Assembly: GCA_963804645.1 (NCBI GenBank)
Contig: CAWDRG010000019.1
Location: forward strand, 96,001 to 160,000
DNA length: 64,000 nucleotides
Reading direction: 5' to 3'
From: an uncultured Bacillota bacterium
Lineage (GTDB): Bacteria; Sysuimicrobiota; Sysuimicrobiia; Sysuimicrobiales; Segetimicrobiaceae
Part shown: positions 29,515-38,789 of the stretch, in pieces
Layout of the letters: the number at the start of each line of letters is the position of its first letter
How positions within the stretch are numbered: position 1 is the first letter of the stretch
Notes under the pieces: model-generated
Databases searched by the model: none
What the model was told of the DNA's origin: nothing
The model's input: the letters and a program-made list of their open reading frames with translations, nothing else
Made by a program: the position numbers and the translations under genes

Positions 29515-30798
29515 GTGACTCCTCGATCCAGACGGGAATATGCCGCGATCATCCGCGAGCGCTATGCCAAGGCGACCCGCGAGGCGAAGCAGCGGATCCT
29601 CGACGAATTCTGCGCCACGACCAAGTACCATCGAAAATATGCGATTGCGGTGCTGGGGCATGCCCCTACACCGGCGGCCGCCCCACGGCGACGGCGACGC
29701 CCCACGTACGGCGCCCAGACGATCTCCGTACTCGCCACGATTTGGGAGGCGGCCAGCTATCCATGGTCGGCGCGGCTCAAAGCGCTCTTGCCGCTCTGGC
29801 TGCCCTGGGCGACACGCCACCTGCCCATCGCGCCCGGCGTGGAGCGGCAGTTGCGTCGGCTCAGCGCCCGGACCATGGACCGCCGCCTCGCCACGAAGAA
29901 ACGGCGCCTGCAGCGGCGCTTCTACGGCCGCACTAAGCCGGGGACCCTGCTCAAGCACCACATCGCCATCAAGACCGAGCATTGGGAGGTGAGTACGCCA
30001 GGCTTCACCGAGATCGACTTGGTCTCCCACTCGGGCAATGCCGCCGACGGCGACTTCCTCCAGTCGCTCAATCTCACGGATATCCACACCGGCTGGGTCG
30101 AAACGCGGGCCGTCATGGGCAAGGGACAAACGGCCGTCCGCGCGGCCTTGGAGGAGTTGCGGCAGGCCCTGCCGTTTCCCCTGCGCGGCATCGACTCTGA
30201 CAATGGCTCCGAGTTTATCAACAATCATCTCGTGCGCTACTGTGCCGATCGGAAGATTCAATTCACCCGCGGCCGCCCCTACAAAAAGGACGACAATGCC
30301 CACATTGAACAAAAGAACTACACGCATGTCCGCAAGCTGATGGGCTGGGAGCGCTACGATTCGCCGCACGCCCGCGCCCGCATGAATGACCTGTATCAGC
30401 ACGAAGTGCGGCTCATGATGAATCTCTATCAACCGTCCGTGAAGCTGCTCCGCAAGGAGCGCATCGGGTCCCGGCTCACGCGGCGCTATGATGCCCCCAA
30501 GACCCCGCTCGATCGCCTGGCGGCTACGCCGGGCGTCGACGCGGCCACCATCCGCGCGCTCCACCAGCTCCGTGCCCAACTCGACCCGTTCGCGTTGGCC
30601 GCCGCGATCGATCAGAAACTCAGCGTCATTCACCAGGCTGCCAATCATCGCCTCAGTCCCCGCGATGCCACCATGCCGCCCCCGGCCGTCACACCGTCCG
30701 TTCGCGCCACCCATGCTCCTCACCGCTGGGACCACAACTGGTTCTTCCCGAAGGCGGTCGCCCAACGTCGCGGCGGCCGCACTCTGGTAAGAACTTAA
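29515..30798 (+). CDS. Integrase-core (rve) DDE transposase, paralog of 22133-23407
   Basis: EIDLVSH, DSDNGSEFIN, FTRGRPYKKDDNAHIEQKN. Confidence 0.9.
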   Translation: MTPRSRREYAAIIRERYAKATREAKQRILDEFCATTKYHRKYAIAVLGHAPTPAAAPRRRRRPTYGAQTISVLATIWEAASYPWSARLKALLPLWLPWATRHLPIAPGVERQLRRLSARTMDRRLATKKRRLQRRFYGRTKPGTLLKHHIAIKTEHWEVSTPGFTEIDLVSHSGNAADGDFLQSLNLTDIHTGWVETRAVMGKGQTAVRAALEELRQALPFPLRGIDSDNGSEFINNHLVRYCADRKIQFTRGRPYKKDDNAHIEQKNYTHVRKLMGWERYDSPHARARMNDLYQHEVRLMMNLYQPSVKLLRKERIGSRLTRRYDAPKTPLDRLAATPGVDAATIRALHQLRAQLDPFALAAAIDQKLSVIHQAANHRLSPRDATMPPPAVTPSVRATHAPHRWDHNWFFPKAVAQRRGGRTLVRT

Positions 30799-30865
30799 AT
30801 GGCGCGATGATACCTTCCCGGGTAAGATTCCTTAATGGCTTGACGGGGGAGTCCGAATCAACTCA

Positions 30866-30980
30866 TGTAATAGGTCAATGAATTTGTCACCCGGTAACGG
30901 GCCAGTGATTCTGTCACCCTGGAATAATGAACAGGGAGACGATCACCGTGTTACGGTGACAGGATTACTGAGCTATGACA
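30866..30980 (+). mobile_element. 115-bp MITE, internally deleted relative of the IS1202-like element
   Basis: Left end similar to 27990-28071 including the first transposase codons (MNRETIT vs MTRETIT); right end GGTGACAGGATTACTGAGCTATGACA identical to 29388-29413. Confidence 0.85.
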
Positions 30981-31055
30981 GAGTGCGAAGTGCCTGGTAG
31001 TGTCCTAATTTGGTTGCTCCTATTTCTTAGTCGGGGATTAGCGCGGGACGGACCG

Positions 31056-31247
31056 TTACCCGCGTGGGCGGCGCCGCCGGTATGCGCTGAACCCGGCGAG
31101 GCCGATGGCCAGCAGCAGGAGTAACCCGGTGACGACGGTTTGGGACTGGTGGGTGGTCGGAGTGGCCAGCGCAGAAACCGCCGCAATCCCTAGCACCACC
31201 AATGCCAAGACGATGCCAAGCAGCCACCAGCGATTCATCGCGGTCAT
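31056..31247 (-). CDS. Small two-TM membrane protein
   Basis: GGAGG RBS, two hydrophobic segments, basic tail. Confidence 0.5.
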   Translation of the reverse strand: MTAMNRWWLLGIVLALVVLGIAAVSALATPTTHQSQTVVTGLLLLLAIGLAGFSAYRRRRPRG

Positions 31248-31316
31248 ACTAACGCCTCCTACTCTATGCTGCCGGTTCGATGTCCGTGATTCCAACGACG
31301 GCATCGTACAATTTGC

Positions 31317-31635
31317 TCATGTTCCACGTGTACGTTTCCAGCCCTGCCGCGACCGCGGGACGACTTTGAGCGTCGAATGCACCCGCACGACGTTGTAGTG
31401 GGCGAAGTGTAATGTCAGGGCGCTCTTGAGATTGCAGAGCCTCTTCGAGAAGGCGTTCGTTCGCCGCGTGAACCGACGTACCTGCATCCGAATCGTGAGG
31501 TTCTGGCGCTCGACGTAGGATGTCGAGATGTCTTGAAAATCGGGGTTCCCAACGATCGGCGCCGGAATCGCCTGGGTGATCCGTGGTCGACAGTACCGCG
31601 CTTCGTCGGCGACCTCCGCGCCGCAGAGTTTCACT
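31317..31635 (-). pseudogene. IS1-family transposase C-terminal remnant
   Basis: ISTSYVERQNLTIRMQVRRFTRRTNAFSK...HFAHYNVVRVHSTL; no N-terminal part. Confidence 0.75.
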
Positions 31636-32142
31636 GGTTTCACGCGATGCGCGGGCTGCACCACCGCGAGCCGGGCGCGGCAGGCGCCGCGCTCTTGATC
31701 CGCGGGCTCACGGTGAGCGTGATCGCCGACCGGGTGCACGTGCACCCCGCGGTGCTGCGGCTGATCGCGCGCACGGCGGGGACCGGCCGGATCGCGCTTG
31801 TCACGGACGCAGTGTCCGCGGCGGGCATGGAGCGCGGCTTGTACACGCTGGGCGCGGAGACGATCGATGTGCGGGACGGCGCATCGCGGCTGCCGGACGA
31901 AACGCTCGCGGGCAGCGTGCTGCGCCTGGACCGGGCGGTGCGCAACTTCGCGGCGGACGCGGAGGTCAGCATCCGCGAGGTGGTGCAGGCGGCGACGCTC
32001 GTTTCGGCGCGGCTGCTCGGCCTCGCGCGGAAGGGGCCGGATCGCGGTCGGCTGTGACGCGGACCTGATGGTGCTCGACCGCGACGGCCGCATCGGCCTC
32101 ACCGTGGCGCGGGGCGCGATCGCGCATTCGCGAATCGCGTGA
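31630..32142 (+). pseudogene. nagA: N-acetylglucosamine-6-phosphate deacetylase C-terminal fragment
   Basis: HWFHAMRGLHHREPG, IADRVHVHP, LVTDA, LAGSVL, then GRIAVGCDADL after a frameshift near 32035; 5' half absent. Confidence 0.8.
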
Positions 32143-32194
32143 CGCCGCACGGCAGGGACACCGCGGCCGACGCCGAATCGTCACCCCGGCCCGC

Positions 32195-33412
32195 ATGGAC
32201 ACCCTCGATCGCACCGAGCATGCCACGATCATCCGTAACGCCAACCGGATTGCCGTACGCGATCTCCGCTCCTGCTACAACCCCGACGGGATCGTCGCCG
32301 GCCGGCAGCAGTTTAATGCGTACTGGGCCCGCGATGGATTTTGGGCGACGCTGGGGGCGAATGCGCTCGGGGACTATGGGCAGACGCTGACCCAGATCGG
32401 ACTGTTTGTCCGGTTTCAGCGGCGGAACGGGTGCATCCCCGTGCGTGTGGAGTTCCTCGGCAAGAACATCGCGGGCTACCGCAAATTGCTGGCGAGGCCG
32501 CGCGTGGTCGGGCGGGCAGGTGGGCTCTTCGCGGATCCGATCGACCTTTCGTCGCTCTTTGTGATCGCCGCGGCGCGGTACCTCGAGCAGACCCGTGATC
32601 TCGTGTTTGCCGAACGCGTCGAGTCGGCGGTGGACCTCGCGCTTGGGTGGTTGCGCGGTCTGGACCGCAACCGCGACGGCCTGCTCGAGAGCCATTTTCT
32701 CGCCGATTGGATGGACTCCATCCTCAAGATCAACCAGCTGCTGACGCTCAACGTGCTGTACTGGGCGGCGCTGCGTGCGGGGGAGGCGATCAAGCGGGCG
32801 CTGCGCGCGGAGGAGGCCGCTGACCGTTATGGGGAGCTGGCGGCGCAGACGCACGCGACGCTCCACGCGTTCTTTTGGAACGGCGAGTACTTCGTGGATT
32901 GGGTGCACGGTCGCCGACGGGGTGCGTTCGCCTCCGACGGCAACATCTTTGCGATGCTGTTCGGCCTGGCGACGCCGGCGCAGTCGACCCGAATCATGGC
33001 GTTCATCGCCCGGCGGGGACTGCAGCGGGACGCGCCGCTCCGCACCTGCGACCCGGTCTATCCGTGGTGGCGCGTGTTTCCCGCGTACTATCTCGCCGGC
33101 ATTCCCGATTATCACCGGTCGCTGATTTGGCCGTGGCAGGGCACCCTGTTTGCCCTGTGCAAGGCGCAGTTCGGGGACCGGGCGGGAGCGCTGGCCGACC
33201 TTGCCCAACTCGGTGAGTGGTACATCCGCTGGCACTCGGTGAGCGAAGTGTACACCCCCGATGGGCGCCCCCTCGCGCGGCCGTTCTACACGGCGGATGT
33301 CCCGTTCGCATGGAACGCCGGTACGTATGTCTACGTCGTCCACGCGTTGGGGCTCGGCGTCGAGCCGTCCCCGGGACCGGCGCCGGATCCGCGTGCTATG
33401 ATGACCGGGTGA
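32195..33412 (+). CDS. Six-hairpin glycoside hydrolase (amylo-alpha-1,6-glucosidase-like)
   Basis: YWARDG, DRNRDGLLE, DWMDS, YHRSLIWPW, FAWNAG. Confidence 0.75.
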   Translation: MDTLDRTEHATIIRNANRIAVRDLRSCYNPDGIVAGRQQFNAYWARDGFWATLGANALGDYGQTLTQIGLFVRFQRRNGCIPVRVEFLGKNIAGYRKLLARPRVVGRAGGLFADPIDLSSLFVIAAARYLEQTRDLVFAERVESAVDLALGWLRGLDRNRDGLLESHFLADWMDSILKINQLLTLNVLYWAALRAGEAIKRALRAEEAADRYGELAAQTHATLHAFFWNGEYFVDWVHGRRRGAFASDGNIFAMLFGLATPAQSTRIMAFIARRGLQRDAPLRTCDPVYPWWRVFPAYYLAGIPDYHRSLIWPWQGTLFALCKAQFGDRAGALADLAQLGEWYIRWHSVSEVYTPDGRPLARPFYTADVPFAWNAGTYVYVVHALGLGVEPSPGPAPDPRAMMTG

Positions 33413-33978
33413 GCGCGCCTGCACAGCGATCCTGGCGTCCGTTCGCGGGCCTGTTGGTTCCGGTCCTGGTGCTGCTCGTGCTGCTCGTGGTTGGGCTGTC
33501 GCGCCATGATCAGAGCCAGGTCGTGAGTGAGGAGCTGGCGCGCGGCGAGACCCCGAGCGCGCCGGTGATCTCAATGCCGGCATTCTCCGGACCCCCGCTG
33601 TCGCTCACGGCGCTGCGGGGACACGCGGTCGTGTTGAATTTTTGGGCGTCGTGGTGCATCCCGTGCCGGGCGGAGGCGCCGCAGCTCGAGTCGGTGTGGC
33701 GCGAGTTTCGTCCGAAGGGGTTGGTCGTCGTCGGAGTCGACACCCAAGACCTGATGACACCGGCACGTACGTTCTTGACCCAATACCGTCTGACGTTCCC
33801 CGCGGTGCGGGACCCCGACGGCGCGGTCGCGCGTCGGTTTGGCGCCACGGGCGTCCCGGAGACGTTCTTTATCAGCGCGGACGGCCGGATCCTCGGGAAG
33901 TTTCCCGGCGAGCAAGAGGACCCGGCCGTCTGGCGATCCGCCGCCTCGGCTCTGCTCGACGGCCGCGCCCCGCAGTAG
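33409..33978 (+). CDS. TlpA/ResA family membrane-anchored thiol-disulfide oxidoreductase
   Basis: TM anchor, VLNFWASWCIPCRAE, GVPETFFI. Confidence 0.9.
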   Translation: MSAPAQRSWRPFAGLLVPVLVLLVLLVVGLSRHDQSQVVSEELARGETPSAPVISMPAFSGPPLSLTALRGHAVVLNFWASWCIPCRAEAPQLESVWREFRPKGLVVVGVDTQDLMTPARTFLTQYRLTFPAVRDPDGAVARRFGATGVPETFFISADGRILGKFPGEQEDPAVWRSAASALLDGRAPQ

Positions 33979-34023
33979 TAGCTCATCGCAAGGCCAGCCA
34001 TGTCATTCCCGAATAACCTATTG

Positions 34024-34071
34024 TTGACTTTATCACTCGAGAAGTGTAAACTTTAGGATGCTTCGGTCCTA
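34024..34071 (+). promoter_or_regulatory. Sigma70-type promoter with adjacent palindromic TetR-type operator
   Basis: TTGACT-N17-TAAACT followed by TAGGA-N8-TCCTA (34054-34071). Confidence 0.65.
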
Positions 34072-34097
34072 GATCATACAGTACTAGGGATGAAATT

Positions 34098-34688
34098 GTG
34101 GCTAGAGATCAGCGTAATAGGGAAAAACTGATCGAAACCGCGACGGCCCTCTTCCATCTACGAGGGTTTCAGCCGACGTCTCTGGATGAGGTGTTCGACC
34201 GTAGCGGGGTCTGCCGCAGTAATTTCTACTACTATTTCCGCAGCAAGGAGGATCTGGGACTCGAGGTCCTCGGCCGGCAGATCGAGGCGTTCGCCGATCG
34301 CGTCATTCGCGGAATCCTGGAGGATACCAGGTTGAGCCCTCGCGAGCGGGTGGCGCGTCTGTTCGAGACGGTGATCAGTGAGATGCGGAACGGGTCGTAC
34401 CGGGGCGGGTGCCCGTTCGGCAACCTGGTCGCCGAGATGTGCGGAGCCCATCCGGAGTTCCGGGCTCGATTGAGCGCATTCTTTGAGCGCTGGCAGGAAG
34501 CGGTGGAACGGTGCTTGGCCGAGGGCGTCGGGCGCGGAGAGTTCCGCGCGGACCTCGACGCCAGGGGTGTGGCGATCGCGCTGGTCGGCGAGATCGAGGG
34601 CGCGGTCCTGTTGGCGAAAGCGCACGGTCATGGGGCCCCCATTGAGGCGGGGGCGCAGGCGATGTTGATGCTACTGGAAAGCAGGTGA
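34098..34688 (+). CDS. TetR/AcrR family regulator (NemR/LmrA-like)
   Basis: HTH with NFYYYFRSKEDL; GCPFGNL in the C-terminal domain. Confidence 0.9.
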   Translation: MARDQRNREKLIETATALFHLRGFQPTSLDEVFDRSGVCRSNFYYYFRSKEDLGLEVLGRQIEAFADRVIRGILEDTRLSPRERVARLFETVISEMRNGSYRGGCPFGNLVAEMCGAHPEFRARLSAFFERWQEAVERCLAEGVGRGEFRADLDARGVAIALVGEIEGAVLLAKAHGHGAPIEAGAQAMLMLLESR

Positions 34689-34717
34689 GGGGCGTGGAAA
34701 ACTCTACCCGTCGTGTA

Positions 34718-35329
34718 ATGGCGGCACCGGTCGCGCAGGCGGAATCCCTGTCGGTCGAAGCGCTTCGGCGTGCGACCACCGGCGGCTCGGCGTCGACCGA
34801 GGCGATCTTGTTTGAGGAGATGGTCACGTCGCACCTCGATCCGCTCTACCGGACCGCGCTCCGGCTGACCGGACGGCCGCAGGACGCCGAGGATTTGGTG
34901 CAGGAAACCTACCTGCGCGCGTGGCGGTCGCTGCATACGTACCGGCCGGGCACGAATCCGAAGGCGTGGCTGTTCCGGATTCTGCACAACGCGCACATCG
35001 ATCGCTACCGGGTCTCGACGCGGACCGTGCAGACCGTGGATGAGATCGAGGGACAGGACCCGGCGTTCGTCGTGAACGAAACGCCCGAGTCGGTCGTGCT
35101 CTCCGGCGTCATGGATGCGGAGATTCGGCAGGCCCTGATGGATCTGCCCGAGGTGTTTCGGTCCTGCCTGATCCTGGCGGACCTTGAGGGGTTTTCGTAC
35201 CAGGAGATCGCGGACATCCTCGCGATCCCTCGGGGCACGGTGATGAGCCGCTTGTTCCGGGGTCGTCGGGCGATGCGGCGCTCGCTCGCGACCTACGGGC
35301 GCGAGCACGGCTACGTGAAGGTCAACTGA
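34718..35329 (+). CDS. ECF RNA polymerase sigma factor (SigR/SigH-like)
   Basis: DAEDLVQETYLRAW, GTNPKAWLFRIL, FSYQEIADIL, GTVMSRLFRGR; start may be 34685-34718. Confidence 0.9.
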   Translation: MAAPVAQAESLSVEALRRATTGGSASTEAILFEEMVTSHLDPLYRTALRLTGRPQDAEDLVQETYLRAWRSLHTYRPGTNPKAWLFRILHNAHIDRYRVSTRTVQTVDEIEGQDPAFVVNETPESVVLSGVMDAEIRQALMDLPEVFRSCLILADLEGFSYQEIADILAIPRGTVMSRLFRGRRAMRRSLATYGREHGYVKVN

Positions 35330-35456
35330 TTCGCGCGGAGATCGCGGCACAACGGCCCCGGCGCATGCCGGGGCCGTTGTGCGTGTCGGGGCAGGGGGCC
35401 CTCCGGCCGGCGCGAACCTCCACCTGCGCATACGAGCACGGCACGTGGAGGCCCCG

Positions 35457-36059
35457 ATGCCTGGTGATCTGAGCATTCTTGCGGCAAGACGTACGGTTCG
35501 ATTTTACACCCCGGACGCCGTGCCCGATGACGTGGTCCGCGCGCTGTTCGAGGCGGCGAACCTGGCGCCGTCGGCGCACAACGCGCAGGCGGCGCGCTTC
35601 ATCATCATCCGCTCGCCGGAACTGCGTCGGCGCTTGACCGCTCGCATGTCTCGGCGCTGGCGGCGGGATCTCGAGCGCGCGGGCACGAGCGAGGCGGCCA
35701 TTCGCGTGCAGCTCCGGTTTTCTGAGCGCCGGTTCGGGCAGGCCCCGCTGCTGATTCTGGTCGGCTACACGCTGGAGGACATGGACGAGTATCCCGATCG
35801 GGCGCGCCGCGCGGCCGAGGCGACGATGGCGTCGCAGAGCGCGGCGGCCGCGACGCAGAACCTGTTGCTCGCCGCGGCCGCCCACGGGCTCGGGGGCTGC
35901 TGGACGTGCGCGCCGCTGTTCTGTCCGGGAATCGTGCGCCGGGCCCTCGATCTTCCGGCGTCGTTTGTCCCGCAGGCGCTGCTGACGATCGGCTATCCGG
36001 CGCATACCCCGCCCATGCCGCCGCGCAAGCCCATCGATGCGATCGTGAGCGTTCGGTAG
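35457..36059 (+). CDS. Nitroreductase, stand-alone FbiB C-terminal-domain-like
   Basis: RRTVR, APSAHNAQ, YPDRARRAAE, CWTCAPLFCP; directly upstream of cofD. Confidence 0.8.
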   Translation: MPGDLSILAARRTVRFYTPDAVPDDVVRALFEAANLAPSAHNAQAARFIIIRSPELRRRLTARMSRRWRRDLERAGTSEAAIRVQLRFSERRFGQAPLLILVGYTLEDMDEYPDRARRAAEATMASQSAAAATQNLLLAAAAHGLGGCWTCAPLFCPGIVRRALDLPASFVPQALLTIGYPAHTPPMPPRKPIDAIVSVR

Positions 36060-36067
36060 GCGCCGCG

Positions 36068-37042
36068 ATGATCACCGTGCTGTGCGGCGGGGTGGGCGGC
36101 GCGAAGCTGGTCGACGGGCTCGCGGCGGTGCTGCCGGATCCGTCGGACCTTACGGTCGTGGTGAACACCGCCGACGACTGCGCGTGTTGGGGGCTGCACG
36201 TCTCGCCCGACGTCGACACGGTGCTGTATACCCTGGCGGGGCTCGCGAGCCGCACGCAGGGGTGGGGCATCGAGGGCGACACGTGGAGCGCGCTCGACAT
36301 GCTCGGACGCTACGGACTGCCCACGTGGTTTCGGATCGGCGACCGGGACCTCGCGATCCATCTGGCCCGCACACAGCGGCTGCGCGAGGGGCGGCGCTTG
36401 ACCGACGTGACGCTCTCCCTCGCGCGGGCGCTCGGGGTGCGGCCCAAGGTGCTGCCGATGTGCGATGAGCCGGTGGCGACGGTGGTCCACACGCCGTTCG
36501 GGCCGGTCCCGTTTCAGGAATACTTCGTGGCGCGTCGCGCCGCCGATCCGGTGGTCGGTCTTGAGTTCACCGGCATCAGCCGTGCCGAGATCACGCCCGA
36601 GGTCGCCCGCGCGGTCCGGGACGCTGCGCTGGTGATCGTGGCGCCAAGCAATCCCCTCGTCAGCATCGGGCCGATCCTCGCCGTCCCCGGCGCGGGCGAC
36701 GCGCTGGTGGAAAGCCGGGCCCTGCGTATGGCCGTCACCCCGCTCGTCGGCGGCCGGGCGATCAAGGGCCCCACCGTGGAGATGCTCGAGGGATTGAAGA
36801 TGCCCGCCGGGCCGTCCGCTGTCGCGGCGCTGTACCGCGAGTTCCTGGACGTGTTTGTGCTGGACGCGCAGGATCGCGCGGAGGCGCCGTCGGTGTCCGC
36901 CGTCGCGGCGCCAGACCGTCCGATCGCGGTCGAGTGCACGGACACGATCATGATGGACGCCGAGGCGCGTCGCCGCCTCGCCCGCGAGGTCCTGGAGATC
37001 GCTCGGCGGCGCGGCGCCGCGGTGCCGGCCCCGCGCGCGTGA
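36068..37042 (+). CDS. cofD: 2-phospho-L-lactate transferase CofD (FbiA)
   Basis: GGVGGAKL, VNTADD, SPDVDTV, IGDRDLA, FQEYFV, PSNPLVSIGPIL. Confidence 0.95.
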   Translation: MITVLCGGVGGAKLVDGLAAVLPDPSDLTVVVNTADDCACWGLHVSPDVDTVLYTLAGLASRTQGWGIEGDTWSALDMLGRYGLPTWFRIGDRDLAIHLARTQRLREGRRLTDVTLSLARALGVRPKVLPMCDEPVATVVHTPFGPVPFQEYFVARRAADPVVGLEFTGISRAEITPEVARAVRDAALVIVAPSNPLVSIGPILAVPGAGDALVESRALRMAVTPLVGGRAIKGPTVEMLEGLKMPAGPSAVAALYREFLDVFVLDAQDRAEAPSVSAVAAPDRPIAVECTDTIMMDAEARRRLAREVLEIARRRGAAVPAPRA

Positions 37043-37623
37043 GCGTCTACGCGCTTGTTCCCCAGAAGCGCCTCGCCGACGCCAAGAGCCGGCTCGGCGC
37101 CGTGTTGGCGGTCGATGAGCGCGCCGCGCTGTCGCGCAGGCTGCTCGCCCACGTGTGCTACGCGGTGCGGGCGGTCGCCGGTGTCGAAGGGCTGACGATC
37201 GTGACGCCCGACCTCGCGGTCCGCGAGTGGGCGCGCCGCTGGGGCTGCGAGACCGTCGTGGACCCCGAGCGGGGCTTGAACCCGGCGCTGGCGCACGCCC
37301 TGCGCCTGCCGCGGTGTGACGGACGCGACGTGCTGATCCTGGCGGCCGATCTGCCGTGGGTCCGGCCGTCAGACGTCGCGGCGGTCCTCGCGGCCGGGGG
37401 CGCCGGGCGTTTCGTGCTCGCTCCGTCGAAGGACGGGCTCGGCACGGGCGCGCTGCTCATCCCGAGGGGCGCGCGGTTCATCCCCGAGTTCGGGGCGGGG
37501 AGCCGGGCGGCGCACCGGCGGGCGGCCGCGGGGCTCGGTCTCGAGGTGGTCGAGCTCGTGCGGCCCGGGCTGGCGTTCGATCTCGACGGGCCGGAGGATC
37601 TCGCCGCGCTGCACGCCGGATGA
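37039..37623 (+). CDS. cofC: 2-phospho-L-lactate/PEP guanylyltransferase CofC (FbiD)
   Basis: VPQKRLADAKSRL, GLNPAL, ADLP, FDLDGPEDL. Confidence 0.92.
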   Translation: MSVYALVPQKRLADAKSRLGAVLAVDERAALSRRLLAHVCYAVRAVAGVEGLTIVTPDLAVREWARRWGCETVVDPERGLNPALAHALRLPRCDGRDVLILAADLPWVRPSDVAAVLAAGGAGRFVLAPSKDGLGTGALLIPRGARFIPEFGAGSRAAHRRAAAGLGLEVVELVRPGLAFDLDGPEDLAALHAG

Positions 37624-37655
37624 CCGGGCGCCCGGGACGCGCGGGCTCGTTCATA

Positions 37656-38666
37656 TCAGAGCCAGGGGTAGCGCGGCTCGCGGTACATGCGGCCGAAATC
37701 CATCGCGTTGGACACCATGAAGCGGAGCAGGTCGACGATGTGGCCGTGGAGCGGGCCCGGCACGCCGTCGGCGCCGACGTCGAGCAGGCCGGAATCCGCG
37801 TTGTTGGCGCCCGCGTTTGTGCACAGGGCGTACGCGCGCGCGTCGATGTCACGGTCGTGAATGATTTCGCGGCGCGACAGGAGCAGCGCGAGCGCCGCCT
37901 CGATGCCGTACGCGCCCCAGTTGGACACCGCGGCCGTGACGAGCAGATCGGTGCCGACCACCGGCACGATCGTGCCCTCGCACGGACAGTTGCACCGCTC
38001 GGCGTGCGGCACGACGCTCAGGATCGTGTCCCGGATCTTCGCGCACCCGAGCTCATTGCCGCCGTCGCCCACGCCGATCGTCAGCAGCCCGCGCTCGCCC
38101 GCGGCTCGAAACAGCGCGTCGATCTTGGCGCAGTGCTCGGTCAGGCGGCGGCCGCCCGCGGAGTGGTACTCCCCGAGCTCGTTCGCGCCGGGCCGCTCGA
38201 TGGCGATCAGGGCGGCGGGCCGCAGCGCGTCGAGCAGTTCCGTCGCCCGGGCCTCCGCGTCCGGCCACCCGAGCGGGAACGGGATCACCGCGGTCGTGGT
38301 CGGGAGGCGCACGGCATCCGCGACGGAGCGCACGGACAGCCCGCTGCCCCGCGCCGCCGCGGTGCAGATCTCGACGTTGCCGGGATCGGTGACGATCACG
38401 GGATGTGCCCGCTTCGCGAGGACGAGCGCGCGCGCCAGGGTGGCGGCGCCGACCGGTCCGTCCTGCTCGCCCGCGAACCAGGGGAAGATCGGCAGGCCGG
38501 TCGCGAGGATCACCACGTCATCGCGCTGCACCGTCTCGAGCAGTCGCGCGGCCGCCTCGAGGCACAGCGGGCCGGATTGCGCGCGTCTGGCAGCCTGATA
38601 CATGGCCCCGATGACGCCCCGGCCGCTGACCTCGGCGTTCACCAACTGGTCGATCCCCTCGCCCAT
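37656..38666 (-). CDS. D-glutamate cyclase-like (DUF4392) protein
   Basis: ATG, EQDGPVGA, IAIERPG, IGVGDGGNELG, VSNWGAY. Confidence 0.8.
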   Translation of the reverse strand: MGEGIDQLVNAEVSGRGVIGAMYQAARRAQSGPLCLEAAARLLETVQRDDVVILATGLPIFPWFAGEQDGPVGAATLARALVLAKRAHPVIVTDPGNVEICTAAARGSGLSVRSVADAVRLPTTTAVIPFPLGWPDAEARATELLDALRPAALIAIERPGANELGEYHSAGGRRLTEHCAKIDALFRAAGERGLLTIGVGDGGNELGCAKIRDTILSVVPHAERCNCPCEGTIVPVVGTDLLVTAAVSNWGAYGIEAALALLLSRREIIHDRDIDARAYALCTNAGANNADSGLLDVGADGVPGPLHGHIVDLLRFMVSNAMDFGRMYREPRYPWL

Positions 38667-38789
38667 GGCGGTCTGTTCAGGCGTGGGGGGCACGGGGCGG
38701 GTCCTCCGGGGCTTCGGATGTGCCGCCCGCACAACGCGGGGTCCCACCGGGACCCCGCGCATGCCGTCTGGTGCGTTGTCGCGAGCGCG

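Larger units (their letters stand above)
27968..30845 (+). mobile_element. rve-type DDE insertion sequence, copy B; left end interrupted by an IS1202-like element
   Basis: TGTCAA at 27968, TTGACG at 30840-30845; both ends similar to those of copy A. Confidence 0.75.
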
